Part shown: in pieces, positions 24,903 to 37,790 of the stretch
How the letters are laid out: the number at the start of each line of letters is the position of its first letter
Numbering within the stretch: the first letter of the stretch is position 1
Source of the DNA: Hydrolagus affinis
Lineage: Eukaryota
Direction of reading: 5' to 3'
DNA length: 64,000 nucleotides
NCBI GenBank assembly: GCA_012026655.1
Contig: JAAILG010001477.1
Location: forward strand, 1 to 64,000
Program-made: the position numbers and the translations under genes
The notes under the pieces: generated by a model
Told to the model about the DNA's origin: nothing
What the model saw: the letters and a program-made list of their open reading frames with translations, nothing else
The model's database searches: none

Positions 24903-25210
24903 GATGTCCTGCAGCTCAGTGGTTAGAGCACTTGCCTTTCAAGCATGAGACCTGTGTTCGAATCCAGGCAAGTCAGGGCGAAACCTTGGGCAAGTTTCCT
25001 TACTCCACACACCCAATAATAATACCTCCATTAAAAAAAAAAATTGGTCATTTCAATCCACGACTGTTTGTGGGTCACTGCCGCGCGCAAGTGGCTGCCA
25101 TGTTTCGCCCACAACGATACAGTCAATTCACTTTACAGTATATTCTGTGAAGCACTTTGAGGCATCTAGAAGATGTGAAAAGCGCTATATCAAATGCAAG
25201 GATTATTATT
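24903..25210 (+). mobile_element. Full-length tRNA-derived SINE
   Basis: cagctcagtggttagagc...gttcgaatcc...gcaaggattattatt. Confidence 0.92.
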
Positions 25211-25652
25211 AATTTCTGATCACTATGGCACTGCCATAGCAAAGCACAATTCAGCAACAACTTGCTGAACAGCTTCCTGTTTCTCCAGTGTTTGGCTCCT
25301 CACTTTATGAGGCTGAGCAACAGTCACTAAAAGGGACCTCAGGCAACAGTGAAAACCTCCGCAACAATATAAAATGTCTGAAAAGCTCTCATTTTTTACC
25401 AGGCCTCACTACCAGAACACTGGCAAGATGCCCGAGAAGGAGAGTGAAGCACACAACTAGACACACTACAAGAAAGCATCGGATCAGACATTTGAGTTGT
25501 GTTTTGGTAATGAGGAGCACTTGAAGAATCTACACAAGAAGCAGTGTAATCCTGAAGAAAATCTATCTTATTCTGGCTTCTTGCAGCTTTGCTGCTCATT
25601 CCACAATAAATATTTTCACAGCTTCAGTCCCCCACTGATTCGATCGTCGAGT

Positions 25653-26183
25653 ATGCAATGTATAGTTGACAAAGGTCTAGATGTCACAAGTAAAAATCAA
25701 CAGCAAACAACATTAGATGTAGTGGATGATGTTATAGGAGATGAACTTGCTGTTAAAGCTTCTCCCGCTTACTGCTCTAGTATTGATGCTTCAAAAAACA
25801 CAGCCTGGGAAAAGCACATTACGTCTCTCTCACATAATTCAGGAGGTTTACCTGACATAGCCAAACACACTGGAAGCATTTCTGCTGCAACTCACTCCAG
25901 TTCTGGGAAGTCAGAATCAGATTGCAGTCCCACAGAAACAAATGATGGTGCCATGCCTAAGTTTCAGCCAGTAACTTGCAATGTCGGGCTCAGCCAGGTG
26001 GTTGATAGCCAGAGTGTTGCATTCCAGTTATCACCATTTCCATCATCATCCTCTTCCACCTCTTCTTCATCACTGGCAGAAGACAGAAATGTGGAGTCAG
26101 AGCAAGTCATACCCTGTATAGTCAGAAATCCCTCCGGAGACAATGTACCGCAACCCAAAAGCAACGTAAGTGACAGTGTTGAG
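25653..26183 (+). CDS. Novel coiled-coil/CAP-Gly gene, first coding exon (exon probably begins at 25289; start codon uncertain)
   Basis: Frame open from 25461 to 26225. The first ATG after the in-frame TAG is at 25653 (MQCIVDKGLDV...Ser-rich...SDSVE). Phase-0 donor GAG|gtaggt at 26183 (alternative AAC|gtaagt at 26165) matches the phase-0 next exon. Confidence 0.72.
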
Positions 26184-26289
26184 GTAGGTGCAATCCTATT
26201 CATTTATGTTTTACAATGTCCTTAATGAAGTATTAAAGGAAATCGTTGATTTGCAGGGGTTTAAAAAATGTTTATATATACTTTTCAGG

Positions 26290-26670
26290 ATAATAATCCT
26301 TGCATATAACGGTACCTTTAACATCGAAAAATCTCAAAACACTTCACAGATAATTGTTGACTGTGCAGCTAAATATTAAAGCCATTTTGCACAGGAAGAT
26401 CATGTGAACACTCCCAAAAATGAATGATTGATTTATCTGGGGGAATGTTGGCCAAGACAACAGTATAAACTCCCTTCTCTTTCAAATAGGGATTTTCAAT
26501 GTCCACTTGAACTGGTAGACAGGAAAGGGGTTTAATGTCTCATCAGAAGGTCAGCAATGTAGCACTTTCCCAGGAAAGCACTGGAGTATCACCCTGGATT
26601 ATGATCTTGAGTGAATGACATGGGACTTGAACCCACAATCTTCTTACCCAGAGACAAGAGTGCTGCCAAT
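26290..26670 (-). mobile_element. Old Deu-domain-type SINE
   Basis: aataatccttgcat tail, aactcccttctcttcaaatag core, gggacttgaacccacaatcttc B-box region on the reverse strand. Confidence 0.6.
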
Positions 26671-29090
26671 CTTGTAAATACAACTGAATATGTACTCAGT
26701 GCCATACAAACTTAGAGTGAAAACTATAAAACTCAATAGCAAGTAAATTAACCATTAAGGAGATATTAGTTCCACCTAATATACTTCACAGATAGAAATC
26801 TATTCATCCTCCCCCATAAAAACAGACGAATATTTACTGTTTATGACGACAAAACTACCATTCCTGAGGACATGACAAATAGAACAGGAAATGTCCGCAC
26901 TATAATGGGATGAAAAGCATGAGGCTTCAAACCAAAATTGATGATAATCAAATCTACTGAGAATCATCGGAAATTTGTATCAATAGATAAATGGGGTATT
27001 TACATAATGGCTGTTTGTGGGACCTTGCTGACATAAATGGCTGGCAAGTTTGCCTATACAAACACCATACTTTGTAGAAACTAGTGGGGGGGTGCTAAAA
27101 AAAAAAATGCCAGGTTGTTTCAAGTTGATTCTTATTGAAAAACAATCAATTTACATATTGTGGCATTCCAATAGCATTACATCTGAGGTGTAATCCATTT
27201 CATGGCTCTCAGGAAAAAGAGTTGAATAACTGGTGTGTTACAGTGTACAAATTCTATGGTTTACAGTAGATACAATAATGATAATCCTGGCATTTCATAT
27301 AGCGCCTTATTGCGTCTTCAATATGTCTCCAAGATGTTCAATTGAAGCTGAATAGTAGGTAAGGGCAATAAATCTGAAGAATAAGAGGTAAACAAAGAAA
27401 AGAACGGCATTGAACCCCTCCCCCACACTCTCAAAAAAAAGCAGCTAATTCTCTTCAAATGTATCTGAATAGGAATAATTACTACAGGAATAAACATAAT
27501 TTACATGTGTGGGTACATACGTATTGTATGCACATAAAATGTTTGCTTGCTATTCCACACTAATAAAATCAATCATCGACTGCAGAAATAATGAGTTAAG
27601 CATTTACTGTTGTGACATTATACTTTAGCAAATAACTGGAACAGACAAATAGTGGAACTTGACAAGCAACAACACCAAAATACAACAACATTACATTTAT
27701 AGAGCAGTGAATATGGGAGAGAATAAAGAAGCATTGTTCACCTGGAGTCTGTTAATCCAGTTGTGAAACATCTTTTCAACTGACTGAACAAACATTAGAA
27801 TCTGCAAAAGATTTTGTTACAGTATTCTGTTTTTCATCACTCAACTGTAAAGATTAGTAATGTGTCATTTGAAATTTGTTCAGTTAACTCTTGATTGAGG
27901 TATTCAGTCAAGTTACATCAAGTTACATTTTTCAGCAGTGTGTTTCAAAGCTCTTGGTTTCATACTGCTGTGAGATTTGTTGTTGTGTATGTTGATTTTA
28001 AAGGGTTATCATTTTATATGAATAAGAGAACATTTAAGTCTGCTGTTGGTGGTAGTGATGGGGGATGGGTGAAGGACCTGCACTCATTGTATGGTCTTTT
28101 CTCAGTGCGTCATATCACAGTCAGTATGAACACTGGTGATTATTGCTCTACACTGTTTGAGTGTGGATGGTAATGAATGGAGAAACATGATTGGAAGGCA
28201 GAGAATATTCTTGTGCTACTTGCGAGCAAGCCTCCCCCTTAGAGTGGCGTATGAATTCGATGACAGTCCAATGGCCCACGATGACAGCTGAGGCACCAGA
28301 TCTGCTTTGGTGAAAAACATCTGAGCCTACTGTTGCCAAGCATCACTTTAAATCAACAGTATGGAGTGGCAAAGATGTGTTTTGGCCGCTTAGCTTGTGA
28401 ACAGAATCAACAATGAAGGTAAATGAACTGCAGCTTCTTACTGGATGTGAGATCAGTCTGAAGTAGCCAGACTTTTTGCTTAGTAAGGTGTGTGTGTGTG
28501 TGGGGGGGAGGGGAGATGGAGTCAGGTTATCCTTTTTGTTTATGCACAGATTGTGTGAACACACAGATACTCTACTCCTCCATTCTGTTCGATTGCATTG
28601 TGTGCAAGGACAGATTTGAGGGGCAGAATTACTGCAGCTACAGCAGCTTCTTTGTTATGAACACCAGTGTTTCACTGAAAAGAGGATTCATCCTGAATCT
28701 GCTGATAGATTGTACAAAATCGTATGAACATCACCTGTAGGCAAGGAATGTTTGTGGAATAGCTTGCTGTTGAAAGCCAAAACCAAACCCTTTTGATTGA
28801 AGCTTCCATGGTGCCTACTAAGAAAATTAAACCTGCCTTAGTGAACATTTTCAATTGTATATTTTTTATATACAATATAAGTTTTTTTTATTACAACTCA
28901 ATATTTGATTTGCTCATGGAGAGACTATGATAAATTCAAATGATCTTGCTTGTTTGTTACATACTGTATATTCACCGCTACTGTCTTAACAATGTATCCA
29001 CAGCAACAATGATTTTTAGAAAGGACTACTGTTTGTTTTAATTCAACATGGTGAAAAACGCTGTATGTGATGCAATAATTATCATTATAT

Positions 29091-29402
29091 GGAGTCCTAT
29101 AGCTCAGCAGTTAGAGCATTTGCCTTGCAAGAGAGAGACCTGGGTTCAATTCCAGACAGGGCGAAACCTTGGGCAAGTTTCCTTACTCCACACGCCTGAT
29201 ACTAATCCCTTAAAAAAAACCAATAATAAATTGGTGATTTTAATCCACGACTGTTTGCAGGACACTGCTGTGCACAATTGGCTACCGTGTTTCACCCACG
29301 TATTTACAGTCAATTCACTTACGATGTATTCTGTGAAGCACTTTGAGACGTCTAGAATACATGAAAAGTGCTATATCAAACGCAATGATTATTATTATTA
29401 TC
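29091..29402 (+). mobile_element. Full-length tRNA-derived SINE
   Basis: ggagtcctatagctcagcagttagagc head through a (tta)n tail. Confidence 0.92.
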
Positions 29403-29621
29403 ATTCATAATCATAATACTGTAATCTGTTGCCCCCCTCCCCCGACCAAAATAATCTATATTTGACCAGTTCAAAGAGCTTTTAATGACCAGCTCAAATG
29501 ACCTGAAATATTTGAGCAAAGTGGGGGAGAGGGTTGCTGCACATTGGCAAATTATAGACTGCTATTCTAGCAGTTTTTATTACATTGTAGCAAATATTTG
29601 AAACCCATATCATTTAATATA

Positions 29622-30187
29622 CAGATACCTCGCCCCAGCCGCGGTTTTTTCTATCATGAATTTCACTCATCCACGGTTGGCTCGCTGCGACAACCCTTGC
29701 TAACCACGGCAATGGGTTTTGCGTATCCACAGGTTTGAACACTAACACTAGCATTTAGTGCTAGGACCCAGTTGCATCAACCAGCCACAATGTCGCTTTG
29801 CGCTAGCGTTTGGGGCTAGGACCCAGTTGCGATGTCGCAATCAACCAGCGATGATGTCGCTTCTCCACATCCACCCACCTCCGTGTCACCCACCACACCA
29901 CCTTCTCCACATCCACCTCTCTCGCACTTGTCGGTGATTTATGATCTGGAGGAGGAGGCAGAGGAAGAGGGTGCGCAGGGCCTCTCTTCCATGTAAAAAC
30001 AACCACATCATCATCATCATTAGGATTTAGGTAAATAACATGAATTTTTTTGTATGTAGGTCAAGGACAAGCAAATGTACTCCCCCTATCCCCATGTTTC
30101 CCATAGGGCCCTGCATTTTCCAACTGCGGTTTTACTAACCGCGGAGGTTTTCGGAACGTATCCCCTGCGGTTGGGGAGGGATACCTG
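29622..30187. mobile_element. Tigger-like MITE
   Basis: TA|CAGATACCTCGCCCCAGCCGCGG ... CCTGCGGTTGGGGAGGGATACCTG|TA imperfect TIRs. Internal duplication ctaggacccagttgc. Confidence 0.75.
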
Positions 30188-30344
30188 TACTCATCTTGCA
30201 TCATAGACTGATATAATATGCTCGTTTAGCACAATATAAATTGGGTGATCTTTTGGGATGTTTCTTAATGCCTTTGTGGAGATCACTATCATATCAGACA
30301 CTGTGAAATACTCAATATTTAACTCTGTTCCTTATCATGACATT

Positions 30345-30585
30345 GAGAAGTCACAGTGTAAAGTGGATTGGCTGTGCATTTTGCGAGCGAAACATAGCAG
30401 CCAATTGCACACAGCAGTGTCCCAAGAATCGTTGTGGATTGAACCACTAAATTATTATTATTTTTTAAATTGGGTCCCTATTTACTGTTAGGTAAACAGA
30501 GACATGTAGAGTAAGAAAACTTGCCGAAGATTCACCCTACCCAGGAATCGAACCCGGATCCTCACTTTTAGAGTGCTCTAACCAA
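30345..30585 (-). mobile_element. tRNA-derived SINE variant
   Basis: cagccaattgcacacagcagtgtccc...ggaatcgaacccgg on the + strand is the reverse of the SINE. Confidence 0.8.
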
Positions 30586-30778
30586 TAGTCTCCCTCCAAT
30601 CTGACTCAAATTTCATTTGAGATTTTGGAAGCAGGTTTCTATGATTTTTGGATCTATTATGGTGAGATCGCCAGGGAGGTAGTGGAGTGATCCAATATGA
30701 AATGCTGCATATTTCACCCCTTAATCAATTGTATTAATTATAATTGTGTTCACATTAGTATCCCTTCCTTTATTTCAG

Positions 30779-30955
30779 GCTGCAGAGGGGACTGTCAGTC
30801 AGGCCACTGTGGCTGGTCTCAGTGCTCTCCTGGCTGTGAAAGATAAGGATTTCAAGGAGCTCGACAAAGATATGAAGAACCTTCAGCTGATCAACAAGCA
30901 GCTTTTGGAAGAAAAGTCCATACTTGTGTTAGAAAATCAATGGCTTCAAAAAGAG
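30779..30955 (+). CDS. Novel CAP-Gly gene exon (177 nt, phase 0-0), start of coiled coil
   Basis: ccttcctttatttcag acceptor and GAG|gt donor. AAEGTVSQATVAGLSALLAVKDKDFKELDKDMKNLQLINKQLLEEKSILVLENQWLQKE, with heptad pattern. Confidence 0.88.
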
Positions 30956-31051
30956 GTGTTTTTTCATTCATTAGTTTCCATTTCTGTTCGTCAAATACGC
31001 ACATTTATAATTTTGTCAGAATAATGACGCCTGAAGCCAATATTGAAAATA

Positions 31052-31774
31052 CAGGCGCCACCGCGTAATCGGGAACCGCTTAAGCAGGATCATCTCTTAA
31101 TTGGGACGAAACAGCGTGTGACTGTTTTTATGCTTGTTATTTGCATTGGATAAGCGAGACTGCACAAGGCTTTGACGGGACATTTTTTGTCAACACAGAT
31201 TTTCAGTCACCAATATTCTCGCTTGCCGTAACATATTTCTTCCATGTAACACCTTACCGGCCATACATACATGTGCAGGGAGTACTTAACAGCGCAGCCA
31301 GCCAGCCATACAATGTACACTTTGCAGTGTGCGAAGTGGCTATACATGTCGTGCAAAGATCGTATGTACGTTCTGCCAGCTGCACTAGCTAGCGGTACAC
31401 ACACTGTATGTCAGCATGCATACACACACTGCAACAGAAAGTTAACCTTGTGTCATGAGAGAGAGCGGGAGAGAGCGCACGCAGGAAGAAACAGCCACAG
31501 GGAGGGACATTGCTGTATTGCTTTAAAGAAGGAATAACAGTAGAAGGTTTTTTTTAATACATTGTTGATTCTTTCGTGATTTCCGCGTGTACTTTACCCA
31601 TGTTTGTTCGTGTTGTGTTATGAATCTGTTGTGTGTAGAATGCATGTGCCCACGTACTGAGCTTTGTGTTGGGTGAATAATGCGTCTGCTGCTTGGCATC
31701 GCCTAAACTGGAGCCTCGCTTAAACGGGACATTTAATCGTCTCCCAAGCTGTCCCGCTAAAGAGGGGGCTACTG
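31052..31774. mobile_element. Tigger-like MITE
   Basis: TA|CAGGCGCCACCGCGTAATCGGGA ... TCCCGCTAAAGAGGGGGCTACTG|TA degenerate TIRs, CpG-rich termini. Confidence 0.6.
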
Positions 31775-32518
31775 TACTTGGAGCAGGCTTCTTGGATTCA
31801 CTCTCAGCACAGCCACTAATTTCAAATAGGTAGTCACTTTTCAGGTGCCACTTTGCACGACACTTAAAAACATCTCAATAGCAAAACCTCTGATCTAATT
31901 GTTGCTCACAATTTGCAAACTCTGCATTTTCAACCTCACACTGTTTGTTTAAGTGGCTCTTGGATTTCTACTTGATACCTATTCTGTTAAACCAGACACA
32001 AAGCTACTCAATGTCAAAGTGGCTTCACCAGAGTTAGAGGACAAGTGATGTCAACTGCAGTTGCTGTGTGAAAGTATAAACCTTCTTCAAACTGGACCTG
32101 CAAATCTAACTGTGCTCCAAAGTCCAATTGGGTCTCTAATCCAATGTGATAATTTGCTGTAGGGTAAAGATGCAACAGAGAAAACTGCAGAATAATCCTG
32201 GCACATTCACTGGTCTCAAGTCCAGAGGCGTTTTTAACGTAGGTGTGATCGGTGCACCAACAGGCCCCTCATACTGTGGGCCCCCAAAGTAATGCAAAAA
32301 ATCATCGAAATGGGAGGATTTAAGTGTGCTGTGCTCTTGCCTTTTGTTAAATACCTGTATAGCTAAAACCAGAGCTCTCCCCAGCCCGGCGGAGCAGGCG
32401 GTCCGCCTAAAGAGGCATCGCACTCGCCGAAAGTTAGTTTTTGCATAAAATAAAATTGCGCATGAGCACTTATTAAACTTACCGTCAGTGATGAGCCCCC
32501 TAAGAAAATTGACCGAGT

Positions 32519-32618
32519 NNNNNNNNNNNNNNNNNNNNNNNNNNNNNNNNNNNNNNNNNNNNNNNNNNNNNNNNNNNNNNNNNNNNNNNNNNNNNNNNNN
32601 NNNNNNNNNNNNNNNNNN
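32519..32618. other. Assembly gap (100 N)
   Basis: Run of N, flanked by a possible DNA-transposon end (about 32223-32518) and a minus-strand SINE (32619-32792). Confidence 1.
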
Positions 32619-34333
32619 CTGTATATATTTGTGGGCGAATTGTGGCAGCCAATTGCGCACAGCAGTGTCCCACACACAGTCGTGGATTGAAATGACCAAT
32701 TTTATTATTGTGGTTTTTTTGGAGGGATTATTATTAGGCGTGTGGAGTAAGGAAACTTGCCCAAGGTTTCGCCCTGACCTGCCTGGATTTGACTAGGTTG
32801 ACTAGGTGGGGAGAGGTGAGGTGAAGCTGAAATGCTCTCTACAGACAAGTGGCTCACTGAGATTCACTGCCAAGGCTCACGAAGGAACAATTTGTCCTGG
32901 AGTCCTGTAAAGTAACAACACCAATGAACTGCACTCCAGCAAGAGGAGATCAGTCAAGGTATTTGCCGATTACAAAGATTAATTCGACACAAATTTCTTT
33001 TAAAAATTGATTTTGGAAAAAAAAGGGCACAGCCAGGTGTAAAATCATTCTGTGAATGGCTAAAAAAAAGAGAAAGCAATAAACTGCAGGGGAGCAAAAC
33101 ATATCCTTAACTTTAAGAACACGACTGGAATTCCTCAGACAAGTGTACTATAGAACTGAAAAACCGTTTGCAGTTATAATCACTACCCTCATCTGCGTGA
33201 TTGTTTGGAAACAATTCCCAGAATATTGTGTTCCAGCATAAACTGTGTAGTTTATTGCTGGTTCCATGCCAGCAACAAAGCCTTCAGTCACAACACACGA
33301 GTTGTGTGTGCAGTATCTTCAACACTGAGGAGTCACATGCATCAGTGCCATGGAGATAAAGTGGTAATGTTTGAGGTGGTATCAGTCTTTGGCCTAGTCT
33401 ATGAATAGAAATAGAACAAAGGGACTTCAGAGTAGCATATTGCAGATAGATTTGTTTGCTGCTTCGGCCACGCTACGTGTCTTATCAAAGTTAGCAAATG
33501 TTCCCAATACCTTTTAAATCTTCTGCTTACCAGTGAGAACAATTATACAAACAAACACAACTTGTAGCTTTCAAGTAAACCACTGTCAAGCAGTATTTTA
33601 AGGAAAGTTTATTTATACATAACACTAAGGGGATCGATATTGGACATAAATGATCCAGTTTCTCTAATTTTGACACGATAAGAATCCCTCCAGTATACAA
33701 CCAAACAGTTTTGCAAATTCTGCATAAAATAGTGGGATTCAGTGGCTTTATGATAATAATAAACCTTGAGTTTAATATAGAGCTTTATCACCTCTTTGAA
33801 ACCTCTCAAAGCGCTTCACAGAAGATACTGTATTGGCTGTATATTTTCAGGGCGAATCATGGGGTCCTTTTAGACCAGAGGTGGATTTTCAAATATTTCC
33901 AGCTCCGTTTTCAAACAGGTAGTGTTCAATTGAATGTGGTGTTTTACTTAGCAACAGGCTAACAGTAGGATGTTTTGAAAGCTTTGAAGTACAGTACCTT
34001 GAGCAGAGATCATGTCAGTGAGCACAATCAGGCAAATCAGCTCATTCTTTATGCTGGCGCTGTCTGAGCTCAATATCTTTCTCATCAACCCATCCTCAGT
34101 GAATTCTGTCGATTGTCAATTGTGTTCAATACTGTGATGTTTGAATACAGATTATTGAGATATGTGAACAACATCAACAACAACCTCGATTCATATAGCG
34201 TCCTCCACGTAGGACAGCGTCTCAGTGCGCTTCACAATAATGGATCCCGGGCCCGAGCCGAGTGAAGTTGATAAAGATAATGAATAAAGTATAGGAAAGA
34301 TGTGAATGAGATTTTGCTCTTCTATCGTTTTAG

Positions 34334-34430
34334 ACAAAAAAGGCTCGCGAAGAAAAGATGAAGGATGAGTGTGGCGCAGAGCACTTTGCCTTTAACCCAA
34401 TTGCGCCAACTGTGCTACAGCGACAAATAG
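34334..34430 (+). CDS. Novel CAP-Gly gene exon (97 nt, phase 0-1)
   Basis: cgttttag acceptor and TAG|gtaata donor. TKKAREEKMKDECGAEHFAFNPIAPTVLQRQI. Confidence 0.88.
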
Positions 34431-34673
34431 GTAATACATCCTTCCATTTCCGGTTTGTTCGTATCATAAAACAGTATCTGGTACTTTGCAGCACTTACTA
34501 ACTGCACACTGTGATTTCTGACAACAGATAATTTGATTAAAAACTGAGGATTTAAGCATTCATGTTTCTTTCTCACAGAATCAGCTTTGATCAACCTGGC
34601 CCATTACACGGAATAGAAAAATAATATTTGGCTTTGTTCTGAGGATGAGTAAAACAATGTGTTTATTTTTCAG

Positions 34674-34843
34674 AGGATTTAAAAAGCCACATTAGAGATC
34701 TCCAGGAGGCCAATGAAACTGTTGTCAATGAACTCTCCAAGGCAGATGAAGAAATCTCTGAGCTGAAAGGCGAGATAGCAAGATTGAGAGTTCCCGATGA
34801 ACTACGAGATGCCAGGCAAGAGAGGGATTACTGTAAAGATAAG
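34674..34843 (+). CDS. Novel CAP-Gly gene exon (170 nt, phase 1-0), coiled coil
   Basis: tttatttttcag acceptor and AAG|gtac donor. (E)DLKSHIRDLQEANETVVNELSKADEEISELKGEIARLRVPDELRDARQERDYCKDK. Confidence 0.9.
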
Positions 34844-35337
34844 GTACTCACGTTTCTGGATAAATCTCCTGTCAGTTTAAAAATGTAACTTTGAGAGATA
34901 ACCAATAACCAACAATAACTACTTGGATTGATACAGCTCCCTCCACACCAGACGGCGTCTCAGAGCACTTCACAATAATGGACCTCGGGGCCGAGCCAGT
35001 GGGAGGGGGAAAAAGGTGACCGAAAGCTTGGTCGAAAAGTCTTTAGGCACGATTTTTCTTTCTGCTTATTTGCATTGAATTGATGATGTGATTTAAAAAT
35101 GTAGCCAGGAGTGATGCTCCACTAATGTACAGTGTACTCTATATGAGTTGTACGTTATACAGAGATTGTATTAGGGTTTTAAAAATGCATACTACGATGT
35201 GGGAATAACAATTTTTGAGTACAGTACAGGCAGATTTTTGTGCATAATATACACACAATTTTGCATTAACCTGATTTCTATTACATCAATCAGTTTGCCA
35301 GCATGGAAACTAATATGAACTGATTCAATATCCTCAG

Positions 35338-35575
35338 ATCTGTAGGCTGCATTCTGATTCACCCCAGCTAACAGGGAAAGACAATACTTCAGATTTACTG
35401 GAAGAAATACAACATTTAAGGATTGAGTCCAGGAAGCTCAGAGAAAACAACCATCAACTTGATGAGGAAAACCATCAAATGAAAGAAGAACTGTGGGATT
35501 TTAGGCAGCACCAAGAATGGTTCTTCAATGCAAATCACAAAGAGAAGAAGCAAAATTTGGAAATTAACAAAAAGG
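35338..35575 (+). CDS. Novel CAP-Gly gene exon (238 nt, phase 0-1), coiled coil
   Basis: tcctcag acceptor and AGG|gtagga donor. ICRLHSDSPQLTGKDNTSDLLEEIQHLRIESRKLRENNHQLDEENHQMKEELWDFRQHQEWFFNANHKEKKQNLEINKK. Confidence 0.88.
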
Positions 35576-35629
35576 GTAGGATTTTATAAAACAACAATTT
35601 CACAAACTCAGTGCAATCCTGATACGTAA

Positions 35630-35830
35630 CAATAATAACAATAATCCTTGCATTTAATCTCGTGCCTTATCATGTGGTTGAGATCGTCTCAAAGTGCTTC
35701 ACAGGTGATATTGTCAAGTGGATTGACTGTATATTTTGAGGATGAACATGGTAGCTAATTGTGCATAACAATGTCTTACAAATAGCGATGTAATGAGTAA
35801 CCAATTTTATTTGAAAGAGATTTATTGGCC
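35630..35830 (-). mobile_element. Old SINE 3' part, followed by a (CA)/(CAGA) microsatellite at 35940-36010
   Basis: aataataacaataatccttgcattt...tctcaaagtgcttcacag is the reverse SINE tail. Confidence 0.7.
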
Positions 35831-37269
35831 AGGTTTGGATAGACCAAAATAAGACTGGCAGCAGTATTATATTGACTATGTAAAATGTAACAAAGAGCCA
35901 TTTGAAGAAAGGGAGGGAGGGAGGGGTATGTGTATGTGTACACACACACACACACAGAGACAAACAGACATACATACAGACAGACAGACATACATACAGA
36001 CAGACATACAAAAATGCATACATACTGGAGCGATATCTGTCACTTTCCTTAACCCACTCCTTATATATTAATTGGTGCCAGTGTATATCAAATATGAAAT
36101 TATATAAAAATGTGTGATTAAAAGTTGATGTTATGAAAAATATATGCTGTAAACAAGCCTGTTCAGGTCACTGCTAGTTTACAATTTGTACATTCCTCTG
36201 ATCCACCAGCATAATTAGAAGCCTATCAGATTATCTCTATAGATAAATGGATAGATGTGTGACTCTCTACCCCTACATTCACACTTTGATCCTGACCTCT
36301 ACTCCTGGCAAATATCAGACATATTTTGTTAAGAATATAATCTATAATCTAGTTTGCTGTTTTGAATCAGTATTTTTTTCCCCAATCTTCCAAATTGAGG
36401 AAACTGAGTTCCTTTCTTCACACATTTTAAAAATATGTATTTTTCATCATTTGAATCCTCAAAGTGGTTGATTTCTGCGTAATAAGATTGCCACGGATGT
36501 CACTTCCTGCAAACTGCAATCCTCACTATCACTAGAGGCCATTTGTGCAATTGAAACATTCAATAACTATTAAAAAAAAACTGAAAATAGCAAATGTAAA
36601 ATAATACTATTCATTAAACAATTATAAAAATATAAGGAAATATTTTTTATACAATATACTGTACTTTCATTGCCACAAGGGTCATATTGAAGCTGGACTA
36701 ATTGAATCATCTAAAAATGAACTGAACAAACAGCAGTAATAAAAGATTAAATGATATGGGAGATCTACAGCAGCAAAATTATATTAATAAAATGATAGGG
36801 AACTTTAGTAATTCAAATAGCAGACTTAATGCATGAAATGTTTCATTTCTGTGCTGAAAATTTCTGTTTCTATCAGGCACAATTACAAGTAGCAGAAATG
36901 TCTGGTTGAACACTGTTTACAACAGAAAAATTACATTTATATAGCGCCTTTCATGTCGGGAGGACATCCCAAGGCGGTGAGCAAGGCACTTTAGCAATGA
37001 AAGCAATTCAGTGTTCATTTTCAGCCCTCTCTGATAATAGTATCAGCCAGTCAAAGATTTTGGAGACCATAGGCTAAAGTCTCTCTTTGATGCTATACTT
37101 TAGATAGTTAAACACAAATTTTGCAATTGTTGTAACCTTTCTCAAGCTATTAATAAATAGGAAATTTGAATCACTGAAAGAGAGTTCAGTGGCCTCTCAT
37201 TCCTTTTCTCTTTTTTTTACTGGAATATTAACTCTTAGGCTTCTGACATGAATGTAATTTGATTGTTAG

Positions 37270-37381
37270 GTGGAGTTGTAAGACTAGCACAGAAGGTACC
37301 GCTGTGTAAAAAACAAGTTGTCATCCTGATGAAAGAGCCTTTGCAAGAGTTGAAGCGCATCGCCCCTTCCTCCAAGTGCAG
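37270..37381 (+). CDS. Novel CAP-Gly gene exon (112 nt, phase 1-2)
   Basis: Weak ttgttag acceptor and CAG|gtaaaa donor. (G)GVVRLAQKVPLCKKQVVILMKEPLQELKRIAPSSKC. This is the only open frame, and it supplies exactly the phase 1->2 bridge needed by the flanking exons. Confidence 0.65.
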
Positions 37382-37567
37382 GTAAAAACAGTGTTCAAAA
37401 GAGAAGAGCTCACATATATCGCAAGAATGAACGGACAATTTTAGATTGGTAATTTAAAAATATCTTCCCCAAAATTCAGACATTTTTGCTTTCACTGATT
37501 CCTGTAAGCAGGTGTGTTTTTTTTAAAAAAAAAACTTCTTAAATGACTTATGATTCACATTGAATAA

Positions 37568-37790
37568 AATCTGAAATAAAAACAGAAGTCACTGGGAATA
37601 TTCAGCAGATGAGGCAGCATCTATGGAAAGAGGAAAGGGAGTTAACATTTCAGGTGGATGACCTTTCGTGATCATTGACCTGAAGCGTCAATTTTCCCCC
37701 TCCATAGATTCTGCCGGACTTGATCCGTGTTCCCAGCAAACTCTGTTTCGATTTCAGATTTCCCAGATCTGCAATGTTTTTCCTTTTGTT
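37568..37790. mobile_element. Penelope-like inverted-repeat (fold-back) element
   Basis: ctgaaataaaaacagaagtcactgggaa...tttcaggt is mirrored by acctgaag...ttcccagcaaactctgtttcgatttcag. Confidence 0.7.

Noticed and set aside
27850-28880. Non-repetitive intronic block with short ORFs on both strands
   Set aside because: No recognisable protein motif, no in-phase splice pair and no TIRs or tails, so it cannot be assigned from sequence alone.
32136-32796. ORFs spanning the N run
   Set aside because: Artefacts of the assembly gap. The flanking exons join in phase without a hidden exon, although one cannot be excluded.
37239-37269. Stronger-looking upstream acceptor (ctcttag) for the 37270 exon
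   Set aside because: All three frames hit a stop within 8 codons.
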